Source: the human T2T-CHM13v2.0 reference genome, Homo sapiens. From it: a DNA stretch of 64,000 nucleotides. Location of the stretch: NCBI RefSeq assembly GCF_009914755.1, contig NC_060927.1; one strand, written 5' to 3'. The notes beneath the pieces were generated by a model. That model saw only the letters and a list, made by a program, of their open reading frames with translations, was not told where the DNA came from and did not search any database. The position numbers were made by a program, and so were the translations under genes. Positions 38,951 to 52,735 of the stretch are shown piece by piece. Positions within the stretch are counted from its first letter, which is position 1. Each line of letters begins with the position of its first letter.

Positions 38951-40634
38951 GTTGTTGTTGTCATTCCTAGTTGCAATATACAAATACAAGCTCTTCAGGT
39001 AATCTTCATTGAGCTTCTGTGGGGCCTGGCTGCATACATACATGTGTACTTGGTGAATGAGCAAGTGCATGAATGGGTGAGTGCCAGGCATTGGCATGTA
39101 GGCAGATGATCCCCAGCTGACCCCTGATGAGAGCACTTCAGAGCAGGAGGAAGGCTGCAGTGGCGGCGGCCTCTGTCAAGATATGCACCCTTCCCCTAGA
39201 TATCAGCTCCCTTCTCCCTGAGCATGGGGGGAGATGCCCAGAGAAGCCCATCACCCAAGGAATTGGGGTTGCCACATCTGCCCCACAGCCCAGAGTGAGG
39301 TCCTTATGCCACAGGAGATCCCAGCATACCCAGCCATTTCCCTTGCTGTGGGAGCTTGTTCAGAAGCCAGCTGCAGATAACCTCTAATCCCGATGCCCCC
39401 TTGGGCAGCATTTCAGTTGTTTAGGACGATATGTGGCACCTGGGAAGCCTTGGTTCTCAGGCCATCCTCTCACTTATACTGTCCCACTTCATTATTCATG
39501 AACAAGAGAGACTTGGAATTTTTGTCACTTTGATCCCATAATTAGTTCATAAAATTAAGGCAGTGTATGTTATGCACATTTAGTGTGGCAGGGGCACAAT
39601 GACAAATGCATTTATTATGTCCCTAGGGAGGTGGATTTTTTTTTTTGCTTTCTTTCCAAAATCCTCCTAATCTTGTCCTTTGCACAGCAGAAGTGGGCAG
39701 CTGTAAGACTAAAATTTGCTGTTGCTGTAACATTGTGCTATAATTTGCGAAGCAAGGTGAAAGTTGGAAATATAGGGCAGGTGTTTGACTCTTTGTACAT
39801 ATGCCATCCATAACGCCTTTTCCATTGTATTGTTTGAGGCAGAGGTGGAACAATATTGTAAAAAGAACAATAGATGTGGGAGACAGTAAATTTACTGGAT
39901 TCAGGTAATCTACAGTCGCGAGTCATAACATCCAGCTTTACGCTCAGCCTCCTACTGGTTTTCATTATTAGTGAAATGTCTGTTAGTGCAATATGACTGC
40001 GTCATGTACAAACAGCTCAATGGGCATAGGCTTTTGCCCCACTGACATAATAATAGTCATTTGACTTCTGGAATGCTAATGCTACGTTTGGATATTCTTT
40101 CCTCTTGACTTTGGCCTAGGTCCCTGTTGGAATGCTATTGTCATTTGCTTTTATAATACGAAATTCGCACACCAACTCAGACAACACACTTCAGACAAAT
40201 CATTATCTGGCAACCAATAAAGGGTGTTTGTGTGCGGGTGTATGTGTTTTATATACATGGGTTGTTTTCCTTTGTTAGTAAATACTGGTAACTAATTTAA
40301 AATTCCAGAGTGTGTGGCCAAGTTCGAGTATTTCAGAACATCAGGAGCCACCTGGTCGCCCTGAAGTAAGATGTAATCCTCTCAGGAGAGGGCTCACAGC
40401 TCACTAATCTTTTGAAAAAGTCAACAGTATACATTTCCTGGAACGGGAATTTCAGAATTATAGAGCCATAGCTGGATTTTCTACTTGAACAGCGAGGTTT
40501 TCAGTTTTTTTGCTTGAAACAAATGCTTTATGAATGATAGGAAAAAAATATGTATACTTAGAAAGAAATCAGAGGATTGACTTTTAAAAATCTACTTTTA
40601 AGAGAGGTGGCTGGTCTTGGGAAGGCAGAACTGT

Positions 40635-41900
40635 GTAGAGTTGAGAGTCTGAATCTGAGTGACGACAATCTGGGTTTGAATCGAGATGCTACTGCTGACT
40701 GGTCATATGACCCTGACAAGTCAGTTGCTGAGCCTCAGTGTTCGCACCTCTCAAATGGGCACAATGGTACTAACTTCTAGGGTGAGTTGAGAGGCCCAAA
40801 TGAGAAGATGCATGCAGGATGCTTGGCAATAAGTGACTCATGGGAAGTGTATAGAAAAGGTAGACTGTTGTCATTGTTATTATTATTCTCAAGGAGTTGC
40901 TTCTACATACCAGCAAGTGTTGGTTGCTAAAGACAGTAATTTGTCCACTTGAGGGGTTGTTAATGCCAAGCCACCTGGAGGCCTTGTTTTGAGACCTCCA
41001 TCAAAGTTGCCTACAACTCAGCTCTACAAGGGGTTTTCGGCAGTAATAATAATAATGATGAAGGCGTTTTTTGTATTTTATGATGTGTGCTTTATTTATG
41101 ATATATCATTTAATTTCTCATAGCAACCCCTGAGGTCAGATCTATTATCATCTGCATCAGTTTTAGAGATGCAGAAATGTCTTTAACATCTGAGACAGAG
41201 GATGTAACTTTGCCCCAGGCTACATGGCTCCACGTGGCAAAGGCAGACTCTGAGTCCGCATCATGTGAATCCCAGTTCAGGTGCTTGAGCTGTTGTCAGG
41301 TCAGAGGAAAGGCATTTGGGGGATTTCTAGGACCAACCATTTATCCTTTGCATTGGTGTTAGTGTGGTATTGGCTCATCAGAGCGTTTGGTGGAAACTTC
41401 TCCACACCCTTAAAATTGTCCCCGGTGGAATTCTTAGTCTTGTTGCTTGGGCATTGTCATTTGCTTTCATAATGCGGAACATAAAGGGGTAAGAGCTGGA
41501 ATAAGAGGAGGGCTGGTGAGCCCTCTAGCTTTCTATACTTCTCCCTTTTTGTCATAATAAACTGATGCTGCTTATCTTTTAGTTGCCCTTGAGGGTCAGC
41601 CCTCCCCTCATGTGGTCTGACTCCTAAGATGCGTTTCTGAGAATCTAATTGAATTTGGCTAAGTTTTCCTTTGTGTATTCCCCATTAAGGTAATGGATGA
41701 TGGTGTAGGAAAGCCAGTGTGGGCTCTTAAACTCTGGGACCAGATGGATCTGGCTTTGAGATCTGGCTGGATTCTTAGCGTTCAGGGCCTCAAGTTCCTT
41801 ACCTGTAAAATGGGGTCATGATAGGGAGGATTAAGTACGGAGGCATGTGACGGTCTTAGCACAGAACTGTACACCCAGGAAGTGCCGAGTAAATTTTAGC
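40635..41900. mobile_element. Cluster of MIR fragments (~40640-40830 +, ~41070-41290 -, ~41720-41900 +)
   Basis: MIR core motifs GAGCCTCAGT, GTAACTTTGCCCCAGGC and CCTGTAAAATGGGG. Confidence 0.6.
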
Positions 41901-44619
41901 TTCTCTGTTTTTGTTATTCCTATTCTTTGTCTGTCTTTCCTAGATATTTATTGGTGCTTATTTTTTTTCCTTTTGATAAAGCCACAGTTCTGTTTTTCTG
42001 TACAATCGACAGCTAGCTTGAAAGCCACAGCCCTGGACTCACTAGGATCGATTTTATTTTGCTTGGAGTGAGTCTTGTTGCAGGGCCTTCTGTGCCTTCG
42101 GCAGGTCTGGGGTTCTGGGTTGTGTGAAATCCTGTGAACCCCTTATCTCCTTTGGTGGTGAGCGGGGAGGGGTGAGCAGAAGGCTGGTAAGCTAGACCTT
42201 AAATTTCCCCAGGGCGTGCTTGCTCTTTCTGACCTGGAGAGGCTCCCCCTGTGGCACTTAGCACAGAGCGATCTATGGGGTGGGCTTCAGGGGTTGTTTG
42301 TATGTGGCCAGCACGAAGGTACAGATAAACAAAGGGAGGAATAGCCGCCCAGCCTTTTCCCTGTCCTTGCATGCTAGTGATGGAAATAAGAGCACCGTAG
42401 AGCACAGGCAGATCACCAGGTCCTTCACAGCCCTTTCCCCATTTACTCTCCAACGCCAGGGTTTTATGAATCCCAACATTGGGCATGGATGCTGCAAAAA
42501 GTGGGGGCTGCCTTCCAGCTACAACAGTCCAGCCCCAAAGCCCTGCAGGCAGGTCCCTTGCCCACAACCCTTGCAGTGCCAGCAGGGACTGCCAGACAGC
42601 AGAACAAGCCGGTCCTCAGTTCTCCTAGCTGGCCTTCCCCCTCCTTGCCTCTGGGAGCATCCCTGCCCATCTGGGTCAGCACGCTAGAGGCATGCTAGAG
42701 TCTCCCCCAGAAGCATCCAGTTGGGCTGAGGGGTCCAGGCGCCTCTGCAGTACCAAGCTGAGCAGCTGCTGCGGGAGCACCGCAGTGCAGGGCGGGTGCA
42801 CGAGGAGCACCAAGCGAGACTGATGGGGCCCTCGCAGCCGCCACCATCAACCTGGGGGAGGCAACTCAGCAAAGGCAATTAGGAAGCTGCTGCAGCTAAT
42901 TCCATAAAGCGCTTGAGTGCCACATTATCACTGATATTAGGGAGAAATGTGAATTTTAATTTCTGTTCCCTTCGCCTTCACATGGGGTTGAGGCCCTGCC
43001 AGCATCAAGATGTGTGCGTGGTGTTTGCTATGATCTCACCTTCTCGGGGAGCTGCTTCTTTAGTTTGTTTATTTGTTGTTTATATCACCGGGGCTGAATT
43101 TCTGAGTCTGTGCTTTGAAGGCTACTGGGAGCTGCATCATCTTACCTCTGCAACATACCTGCAGCATCCACAGAACGTTCCTTGGGTGATCTCACTGCTG
43201 CACCCTGCATGGGGCCTGTCAGGCATCTTCATGCAGGAGGAAATCTTTAAGAGTGGCCATCAAGTGAGTTTGGGTTGTTTTTATTTGCATTTGCATCCTG
43301 CAGGCACAATGGTCTGCTCTCTTCCCCAGGCGCAGCCTGCACCAACACACCCCCGGACATGAGGGGAGATAGCTGCTGGGAAGTGAGAGTTATATGGATT
43401 TAATGGGGGGCAGTTTTGCCAAAAGACATTTCACTCCAGCCTCTGCTTCCTTCAGATATCAGGACTGAATATTGTGTTGTGAGGCTTTTGGAGGAGTCTT
43501 GCCTCCAGCGCCTCCCTGGGATGTGACTCCTCCTTGGAGCTATGACTTCTGCTACGTAGAGCACTGTGTGCCCTGAGTGAGCAGGATCTGATGCCCACCT
43601 TGCACATTCCTCCTGAGCCTGACCTACTCATTTAGAAGGAGATGAGAGGACTTTGGAGAGGGGGCAGGTCTTGGGAAACAGTCCCTCCACCTGTGAGTGT
43701 GTGTGAGGGCTCAGTGGCCTGCCGCAGGTCTCACAGTGAATCAGAAATGGGCCAGGTCCTGAATGCTGGAGTCCTGACTACCAGGCTTGGGCCCGGGCCA
43801 GTGTATTGAGGCCACAGATGGAAGAAGGGTTCCACGTCCCACCGTGGGCTTCTTGGACGACAGGGGGAGGCAGCCCTGAGCCCCATGCCTTGTCTGCTCC
43901 CTGTCCCATGCCTTTCAAAGCTACCCAGCTGATCTCCACTGGAAATCTGTTCTAGTTTATGCGGAAGGGTGTGTTTGTGAACTCTCCTCAGATTCAATTG
44001 CATTTGAGCCTGAATTTCACCTAGAGAAAATGTTCCTCCAGTGCATCTATTTTTAACAGCCAAAATATTTGGTCCCAGTGTGTCATCAGGGAACAGTCCC
44101 CTTATTAACATTATCTGTATAAGTGAAGCTGATAGGAGACAGAACAATTAGTCAATCGTTTATTCAACACTAATAAACTATCTGGAAACCTGAAGCCTCC
44201 AACCTTCTCCTTTTCCTCAGTTGAGGTTCAGATGATCAAATGCTTTCTTTTGGGTAGAATATCATGGTTTAGGGGAATCTTTAGCAATCTTAACAGATTC
44301 CCAAGCATACATTTGCCTTTGTCTAAATGTTGGACATCCTTTTCTTTCTTCCTTCTCTCACTTCTTCCTGCTTCAACAAACATCCATTGAATACTCAATG
44401 AGGTGTGCAGAGCTATGTTGGGCACCCAAATCCCTTTGCTGCTGCATCCACCTTTCCCATCCTCACCCTGAGTGCTTCAGTGACAGCACACTGCTTGAGT
44501 TCCCTGCACACATCCGGCTGTGTCACGCCTCTGTGCCCATGCCCGTGCCATTGCCCTGTTTATACTGCCGACCCTGCTGTCCTTGTCTGGCTTCTGAGCC
44601 TCAATTCTACAGGATGTCA

Positions 44620-44798
44620 GGCTTTAGCCTGCAGAAATGTTACCTGGGGAGCTTGTTAAGATGCATTATTTCAGGAGCCTACTCCAAGAGACCCTGGCCC
44701 AGTAAGCTTGGCCCCGAGCCCCAGAATCTGCATGTGAACAGACATCTCAGGTGACTCTCATTTGGTGGTCCGTGGACCACGCTTTGAGAGACACTGTT
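44620..44798. mobile_element. MER5A-like hAT-Charlie element
   Basis: ACCTGGGGAGCTTGTTAAGATGCA...CCCAGAATCTGCATG...GGACCACGCTTTGAGAGACACTG. Confidence 0.7.
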
Positions 44799-45442
44799 TA
44801 CATGTTGTCTCTGGGAAGGCTTCTGGCTTTCCCTAAAGAGACTCAGTCATTCCCTCCCTTCCATTCTGGCCTATGCACATCTTGATTGCTGCCCTGTGCA
44901 CCTCTTCTCTCCCGGCCTGTGCACATCTTCCCTCTGTGATTTTTTTACAAATCCGTGTGCGTGGAGGCTGTGTTGTCCTGGGCCAGAGGCTGGAGCTGCT
45001 CTTCCCCTGAGCCAGGTCTGAAGCATGGGCTGGCACAGGGTATAGCCTTTCTCAATGTGGGCGGCATGAATGGAGATTTTCCCTGCCATAGAAATGAGGG
45101 CTTTGGAGCAAGTCAGACATTTTATCTTTTAAGTCCAAAGGTACCCACATACACGTCTGCTTGTTGAAGCAGTTTATTTAGAAATCACTGAGCACAGTTG
45201 AGTGGCCATTCTCCAATTTGTGAGATGGAGGGAAATTTGTTGACCTGTCACCGATGGCTTTTCTTCTTACCAAATAGGTTACCGGGACCTGTGGTTACTA
45301 GCCCTTTAACAGAAAATTGTTTAGTGAACATCAGTTTGAAAGACGCCATCTGCTTCCTATAAAAGCCTGCTCCTAATCTCCCTGGTGCAAGAATTGCTCC
45401 CTCAGGGGCCTTTTGGGCACAAAACTGTGTTTTTTTTCTAAG

Positions 45443-45760
45443 TCAGTGCCTTTCAAACTTCTTAAACCGTGGCTTACAGTAAAGAATACATGTTACATTG
45501 CAACCCGTTACAACCTCACATGTGAAACATGTTTCATGAAACATCACTTAGTCTTATTCTTTGCAGTGCAGGCTGGTATTTTGTACTTTATTCTATTATA
45601 GTCTATTCAACGCAAGTTGACTAGACGGGACTCTGTTGTACTCTATTCTACACTATTCTACTCTACTCTGTTTTCTATTCTGTTCATTTTAGAAGGCTGA
45701 CTCTGACCTATAAATTGATTTCACAATATAATAAATGTGTTTTAAAAACCCGTGCTCTAA
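45443..45760 (+). mobile_element. hAT-Charlie-type non-autonomous element (related copy at ~61520-61727)
   Basis: CAGTGCCTTTCAAACTT...ACAGTAAAGAATACAT...TAAATTGATTTCAC. The second locus has the same layout. Confidence 0.5.
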
Positions 45761-45869
45761 ATGTTACCGGGGTAAATTATAAGTTAGTTCAGTTTTATTC
45801 TGGGAGGTGCAGCATTGATCTGTGAGACCTAGGCTGTGTTTTCCCCAGTAATAACGATCAGTGGTGATA

Positions 45870-46090
45870 GCTAATGCTTATGAGCCAGTCACAGTGCTGT
45901 GCTGTCTGTATAAATTTCATTTCACCACTGCGACGATCCCATGGGACAGGTGCTCTGATGGCATCATTTTCCAGAGGAAGACATGAGTTCATGGAGGTGA
46001 TGTGACTTGCCCAGGGCAACACAGCTAATAAGTGGTGGCCTCGATTTGTGAATCCAGCGCTGTCTGAACATGAAGCCTGGACTCTCAACT
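45870..46090 (-). mobile_element. MIR SINE
   Basis: GAGGTGATGTGACTTGCCCAGGGCAACACAGCTAATAAGTGG. Confidence 0.75.
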
Positions 46091-46993
46091 GCATTTGCAT
46101 TTGCCTCTTCCTTTGCCAGCAGCCACTTTAGTTGGTTCCAAGTGTTAGCACTGGGCTATGCAATGTGGAAGGCCAGAGAGAGGAAATTTGGAGATGGCAT
46201 GCTGGGGAGCAGTGGGGAGGACATGTGAGAGAGAGCGGGGAGATTGGAAGAGGGCAGTCTGTGAAGCTTGGGGTGAGCGGTGGTCCTCGGAGCATCTGGT
46301 ATTTTGCCTAGCACCTAGAGAACCTGCAGTGTTTTTGCATCTCTGGTTATAGTGCCTGCCTCCTCCTTAAAGCACCCACTGCATCCGGTGTTTGTTATTG
46401 TACTTGCTGGACAAATACTTGTTTTCACATCTCCTTCTCTGACCAGGGGTCATTGTTTTGAGGCCAGAAATGATGGCTTGTACTTCTTGGGATGCCAGGA
46501 CCTGGCCCAAGGAGATGTCACCAGGGTTTGGTGACTGATTGAGTGTATGAGGATATCGTTTAAGTTAATCCTCATAACTAGCCCATGAGTCATATTCCAT
46601 CCTCATTCTGCATTTGGGGAAGTAGAGCCCAAGATCACGAAGCTAGTGATGGAAGAGCCAGGTGAAGGACCACCATCCCAGATGAAAAGGTGACTATTAT
46701 ATTTGCATGTGTTTGTTTTTTGTTTTCTGAAGATTAATTTTGTCTTGTTCCACCTCCTCCTTAGGATTTCTCCTCTTACCATCTGGATCTGGTTTTCTGT
46801 ATTTGGATCCCTTTTCTTTTTGTTGTTTGGGCAGGATGTGGTTGGACCAGAGAGACACTGGGCTGGAGGGGGCAGGAGTCTGGCCTGGGGTCTGGACGTC
46901 CAGGTTCTAGTTCTGGCCTGACACTGCTGGGCTTGGGGATCTGGGGCAGCTCGCTGCTTCTCCCTGGGCTTGCCTGCAGTAGAGCTCAAAGGT

Positions 46994-47034
46994 CAGCACA
47001 GTTCCAGAGGACAGCACAGTTCCAGAGGACAGCA
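46994..47034 (+). repeat. 18-bp tandem duplication CAGCACAGTTCCAGAGGA
   Basis: Identical copies at 46994-47011 and 47012-47029. Confidence 0.9.
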
Positions 47035-48937
47035 GATCCAACCTCATTTCCTGGTGCGTTCCACCATGAGATGGGTGGCACTTGGTTCTGGGCTTTCTTC
47101 TTTTCACTTCGTCCCAGTGTGCCCCCATCCCACCCATACCTGTTGCCCTGCAGCTGTCTGCATCAGGTGTCTCTGTGAGTGGAGGGAGGCATGCACGGGC
47201 TGCTGTCCCCACCTCGGGGTGCTGTCCAGCAGGCTCAGCAGACTCACGCCTGCCCACGCTCTGCAGACAAGGCAGACTTAGCTGAATGGCCAAGAGAAGA
47301 CTAAAGTCGCATTCATGTCAGAGCAGGCAGAAATGACATAGCATTTTGGCAAATTCTTCTCTGCATTTTTGCTGACATTATCTCCCAGGAGCCCTTGTAC
47401 CGCAGCCTCATTCTTAGAGTTGTGTATGGGAATGGAGTCTTCCTTGAATGTAAAAGGCAAAAATAAAAGGGACTAAAATATTTGACATATGATGAAGTTC
47501 TGTGATATTTTAGACAGTGAGTAAATTGGTATTTATATAACCTGGTATATTCATTTCCCTGATCCACCCTCCCTTGAATGTTGACTTAATAACATGCCTG
47601 ACTAAATGACGTTAATTGCTTTAAACTGCCAAATAAAAAAAAAGCCAGCATTCATTCAACAAGTGTGGTGTGTTCACAGCCCAGGCTGGAGGCAGGGAGG
47701 AGAGCTGAGTTCTCTCTGGGGATGGAAGGCTGAGATGTAACCTGAGAGGCTTAGGGGAAATGCACATCTCAGGAACACTGGCTGCTTGGGCCAGACATAA
47801 GCAATGGAGCTGAGGGGTGAGGTTCCTGAAACCGGAAGCTGGCCGTGGGTTCGAATCCTGGCTCCACCAGTGGCTTAAAGCAGTTTCTCAGCTTCTCTAC
47901 TTCCCATTTTCCTCTTCCTTAAATGATCCCTATTTCATTGGACTGTCATGAGGATTAAATTGGATCAGGAATTTAAACTTTATCTCAGTGTCTGGCAGTC
48001 ATAGGAATTCAGTGAATGGGCAGCAACCATTATTTTAATTCTTGGCATCAAAGGTGAGACATCTCCTTGGGCCAGGTCCTGGCATGCCATCATTCCTGGC
48101 CTCAAAAAGATGATCCCTGGTCAGAGAAGGAGATGTGAAAACAAATATTTGTCCAGCAGGCACAAAAACAAATACCGGATGCAGTGGGTGCTCTAAGGAG
48201 GAGGCAGCCACTATAACAGAGATGCAAAAACACTGTAGGTTCTCCAGTGCTCAGCAAAATACCAGGCGTTCTGAAGACCACTGCTCTCCCTGGGCTTCAC
48301 ACCCTGCCCTCTTCCACTCGCCCCACTTTCTCTCACATTTCCTCTCCATTGCTGCCAGGCATGCCACTCCCATATTTCCTCTATCTGGGCCTTTGACATT
48401 GCATAGCCCAGTGCTAACACTTGGGACCAACTAAGGTGACTGCTAGCAGAGGAAGAGGCAAATGCAAATGCAGTTGGGAGTCCAGGCTTCGTGTTCAGAC
48501 AGCCCTGGGTTCACAGATCAGTGCCACCACTTATTAGCTGTGTGGCCTTAGGCAAGTCACGTCACCTCTCTGGGTTGCACACCCACCCTCTGATGTCAGT
48601 GGTAATGCCTCATCCAGAGAATGTTGGTTCCCTAGAGCAAGACCTTTGTTTGGTTGGTCCTGGGCTCTCAGTTGCTACTGCCTTCGGATTTTTGGCTCCT
48701 GTAATAGTCTCTGTCAGAAAATATCTATGGAATAAATGAATGAGTGAGTGTGGAGAATGAATGAACACTTTACCAGCTGAGAAAACTGGGGCTTGGAGAA
48801 GTCAGTGAGATCAAAAGAGACAAAACAGAGGTCTGCCTGGTCCTCAGCCATGACTATAAGCTAGTGGGGGCTCGTTGGCACCTCTCTGTGGTGTTGTCTA
48901 AATTTCCAAGAGAAACACTGTCTGATCTGCAGGTGAA

Positions 48938-48940
<3 letters not shown>

Positions 48941-48988
<48 letters not shown>

Positions 48989-48989
48989 C
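48941..48989 (+). repeat. (TG)n(CG)n microsatellite
   Basis: About 18 TG units followed by CGCGCG and further TG. Confidence 0.95.
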
Positions 48990-49699
48990 ATGCATGCCTG
49001 AGATGTGTCATATTAGATGTAGACTCATGGTTGTTTAGATGATCAATTCTCATTCTTGGGTGCAATGGCATACTGGTAACCCTTCTCTATTTGGGGGAAA
49101 AAATTCCCTAAAAGCTCTTATGTGCTGAATTAACCACAGAGTCCCCCTAGGAAGTCGAAACAGCCCATACCCAAGGCTCCATTCAAAGTGCTTTTTCTGG
49201 GACTTAGTAAGGGAAAGTGTTTCCCATTGAGCTCCCTGTGTATGTATCATCTTTGCCTTGTTTATTGCAATAGTGACTTAAGCCTCCCAACCAACCTGTC
49301 CAAAACCTTCATTTTCCCGAGGCAATGGTCTATGAAACTTTACTGCTCATCTGCTTTCTCAGGTCCTGTTTTGTGGGCAAGAATGCTGGGTTAAGAGAGG
49401 AAGAGAAGGAGAGGCAGAGGGGCTGAAGTGTGAAGAAGAGCACTTTGTATTCTTTTTTAAAAAGTCCTCGAACTCAGCCCTTGAATAGTGCAGTATAAAT
49501 TTGAGAGATGATGGCTATTAATACTATGCTTCTTGTGTAGCAGCTTTTAATCCAGGATGTCAAAATACATCAATAACACATTCTTTTTCCATTTCTCCAC
49601 TTCATTTGTAGGGAGGAACTGGAGAGCATCTCCAGAGAAAATGTTACTGCCTTGGTCCCCAGCAGAAGCACAAGAAAACAACCTGAATTTGATAATTTT

Positions 49700-50030
49700 A
49701 TCCATTCATTTATTCATTCGTTTATTCAACAAACATTTTTGCATCTTGCTACTCTGTCCAGGTATCATGCCGGCTCTTGGATTAGAAGAACAAGCAAAAT
49801 AAGATTGCACCCTCGTGGAGATTACAATCTAATGTGAGAATCAGGCATATCTCAAATAATTAGACTAATGCATGCAAGTCTCCTTGCAGTTCCATGAAGG
49901 AATGCTGATAGTTCATGACCTGAAGACCTGCTCTGGTCTGGGTTCGGAGGAGGCTTGCCAAGGCATGATTCTTTACTGAGACCAGAGGGATGAGGAATTA
50001 CTATGACAGAAAGGTGGAAGAGGGGTCCCT
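49700..50030 (-). mobile_element. L2 3' end
   Basis: CATTCATTTATTCATTCGTTTATTCAACAAACATTT is a reverse L2 tail. Confidence 0.7.
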
Positions 50031-50489
50031 GGACCCTTTGTGCTGCTGTGACCCTTTCCTGTCCTGGTCCAGCGTCACCCTCACTGCTCCTCCTTGTGTG
50101 AGTTCAGGGACTTATCCTGTACTTTCTTCTTGGCCCTTCGTTCTCTTGTTTCTACTGCCCCAAACTCCCTCCCTTGCCACTATAGCAGCTTGTTAAATTC
50201 TCAGTCTTCCTGGCCTGATTCTTTAGTTCAGCAAAGAGCTTTTCAGTTCCTGCTATGCCAGGGGCTCAGTGCTGGGCTCTCAGTTGCTACTGCCTTCAGG
50301 AAGCCTTATTCCAACCTCCTCCTCTTTGTACCTCACTTTGTTCATTATAGCTGACCTTGATTTCTAATTACTGTTGTAGTATCCGTGGGCCCTTTCCTCA
50401 GCTCCACAAGTGTTTCGAGGCCCTTTTCTCATCTTTGTTTTCCTCTTGGCTCCTTAGGGCAAAGCCTGATGATGGTGATGATGATGGTG

Positions 50490-50755
50490 ATGATGATACA
50501 CTACTACTTGTTGAACATTTAATGTAAGCCCAGACAGCATTCAGAATACCTAAGACATATTACCTCACTAAATCCTCACAACCCTGTGAGCAAGCTACTC
50601 TATTACCATCCATATTTAACTGATGAAGAAGCTGAGGCATGGAATATGTTAATTGGCTTTCCCAAAGCTATTTGGCTAGGAGGCAGTAGAGCCAGGATTC
50701 CACAATGGGCATTTTGACTCCAGTGCCTATGTCTGTAACCACTATACTATACTTC
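50490..50755 (-). mobile_element. MIR SINE
   Basis: AATCCTCACAACCCTGTGAG...GATGAAGAAGCTGAGGCA...GCAGTAGAGCCAGGATTC. Confidence 0.75.
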
Positions 50756-51373
50756 CTTTCTCTCATGGCCTGCATTTGTGGAGTTGTATCTGTGAAAATG
50801 ATTGTGCTAGTTAGGGACAGGTATAAGCCATCCCTCTCCCTGAGTGTGTACAAGTACAACAACCCTGAGTGATAAGGAGTAACTAGCTAACACTGGTTCT
50901 CCAAGTACAGTGAAAAGCAGGCTGTGACTAGGTTTCTTTGCTCCAGAATTTGTTCCCATCACAGGAAGTAGGTAGCAAGGCTAAGACACACACTGGTTAT
51001 ACCAGCAACAACTGCTTGGTTCTGGCCAAATTCTTTTGTCCTAGTTGCTTTTCTTCCCAGGATTGAAGAAGCTCCCAGGGCAGTTGTCATGTAAGTGGCT
51101 TCCCCTCAACACAAATGCTGAGTTCATTATTGCAGGTGTGGATGTTTTGTATGATGGCACGGGCTTCAGAAGTGCTAGAGACAAGAATTTCCTTGTGTTC
51201 ATGTATAAATGCTGGATGACTGCTGGGAAGAAATAATAACTATGATCAACTTGGAGCTTTTAAAATTATAAAACATTGCCTGTTCACTATGGAAAATTTT
51301 GGAAATAATGGATAAATCAAAAAGCAAGTAACAACAAACTGCTATCCCATTATTCTGGCCTTGTCATTGTTAA

Positions 51374-51681
<308 letters not shown>

Positions 51682-52494
51682 GATTGTTAATATTTTGATG
51701 TATTTCTTTGAGTCTTTTTTCTTTTGCTTACATGTATGTATATTTGTGTATATGTATATGTACTTTACATAAATGAGATCATATTGTATCAGCTATGTTA
51801 TAATGGGAAGATATTTTAAAGCAGATTCAGGCAGTACTGTAGGGACCACAAAAAATGCTGCTTTTTCATATGATAGATAAAATTTATCCTCTTCTTTGAA
51901 AAATTGGAATGTACCAGATGATACAAAAAGAAAGAAATTTCTGAATCTTATGATGCAAGAATATTCACATTAAAATTTTGCAGCATTTCTTTCAGGCTGC
52001 TGAAAACTGAAATCAGATTGTCAACATAAAGTTATTTTGCATTTTCTCCCAACTTTATCTTATGAGCATATCCCCTATTACTCATCATTTTCCGAAATGA
52101 TTTGTGTTCTGGCTACAAAACATTTCCCCCTGGGGATGTTGTGTGGCTGTGTCCCCTTTTCCCCAGTGTGGAGCATGAAGGTTGTTGCCCAGGTTTCCCC
52201 CAGTGTAAACAGTGCTCTGATGAACATCTTTTCTGTCTCTGTGAATTTGATTACTGATTATGCCCCTCAGAGCATCCTCATAAGGGGATTCACTGTGCCA
52301 AGGGTGTGAACTTCATCAGCGCTCTCCATTCTCGCTGCCCTGTGTGTGTGCATTGCATGTGCATATGTGAAATTCTCCTCTTTGTTTCTCTTGTAGTATC
52401 CAGCTCTGTGTCTGACACAGGCTTGCCTGGGAGACCAGACAGATTTGGTTGGACCAAATGGCCTTTACTCTTCCTTATATAGGCAAGATAATCA

Positions 52495-52735
52495 ACATAA
52501 GATGCAAAGCCAGGCTCTGGGGCCAGGCATACCTGGGTTCAAATACTGGCTTTGCTGCTTACTAGTTGTGTGGATTTGAGCAAAGTACTCAACTTATTTG
52601 AGTTTTAGTTTGCTAAGGGAAAAATAATATGCACTTACGGAGTTATTATGAGGATTAAGTGAAATAATACATGTCAAGAGTTTAGCAGAGAATTGAACAC
52701 ACAGTAAGGGCTCAGTAATGCCAAGTGTTTTTATC
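52495..52735 (+). mobile_element. MIR SINE
   Basis: GGCTCTGGGGCCAGGCATACCTGGGTTCAAATACTGGCT...TGAGGATTAAGTGAAATAATACATG. Confidence 0.8.
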
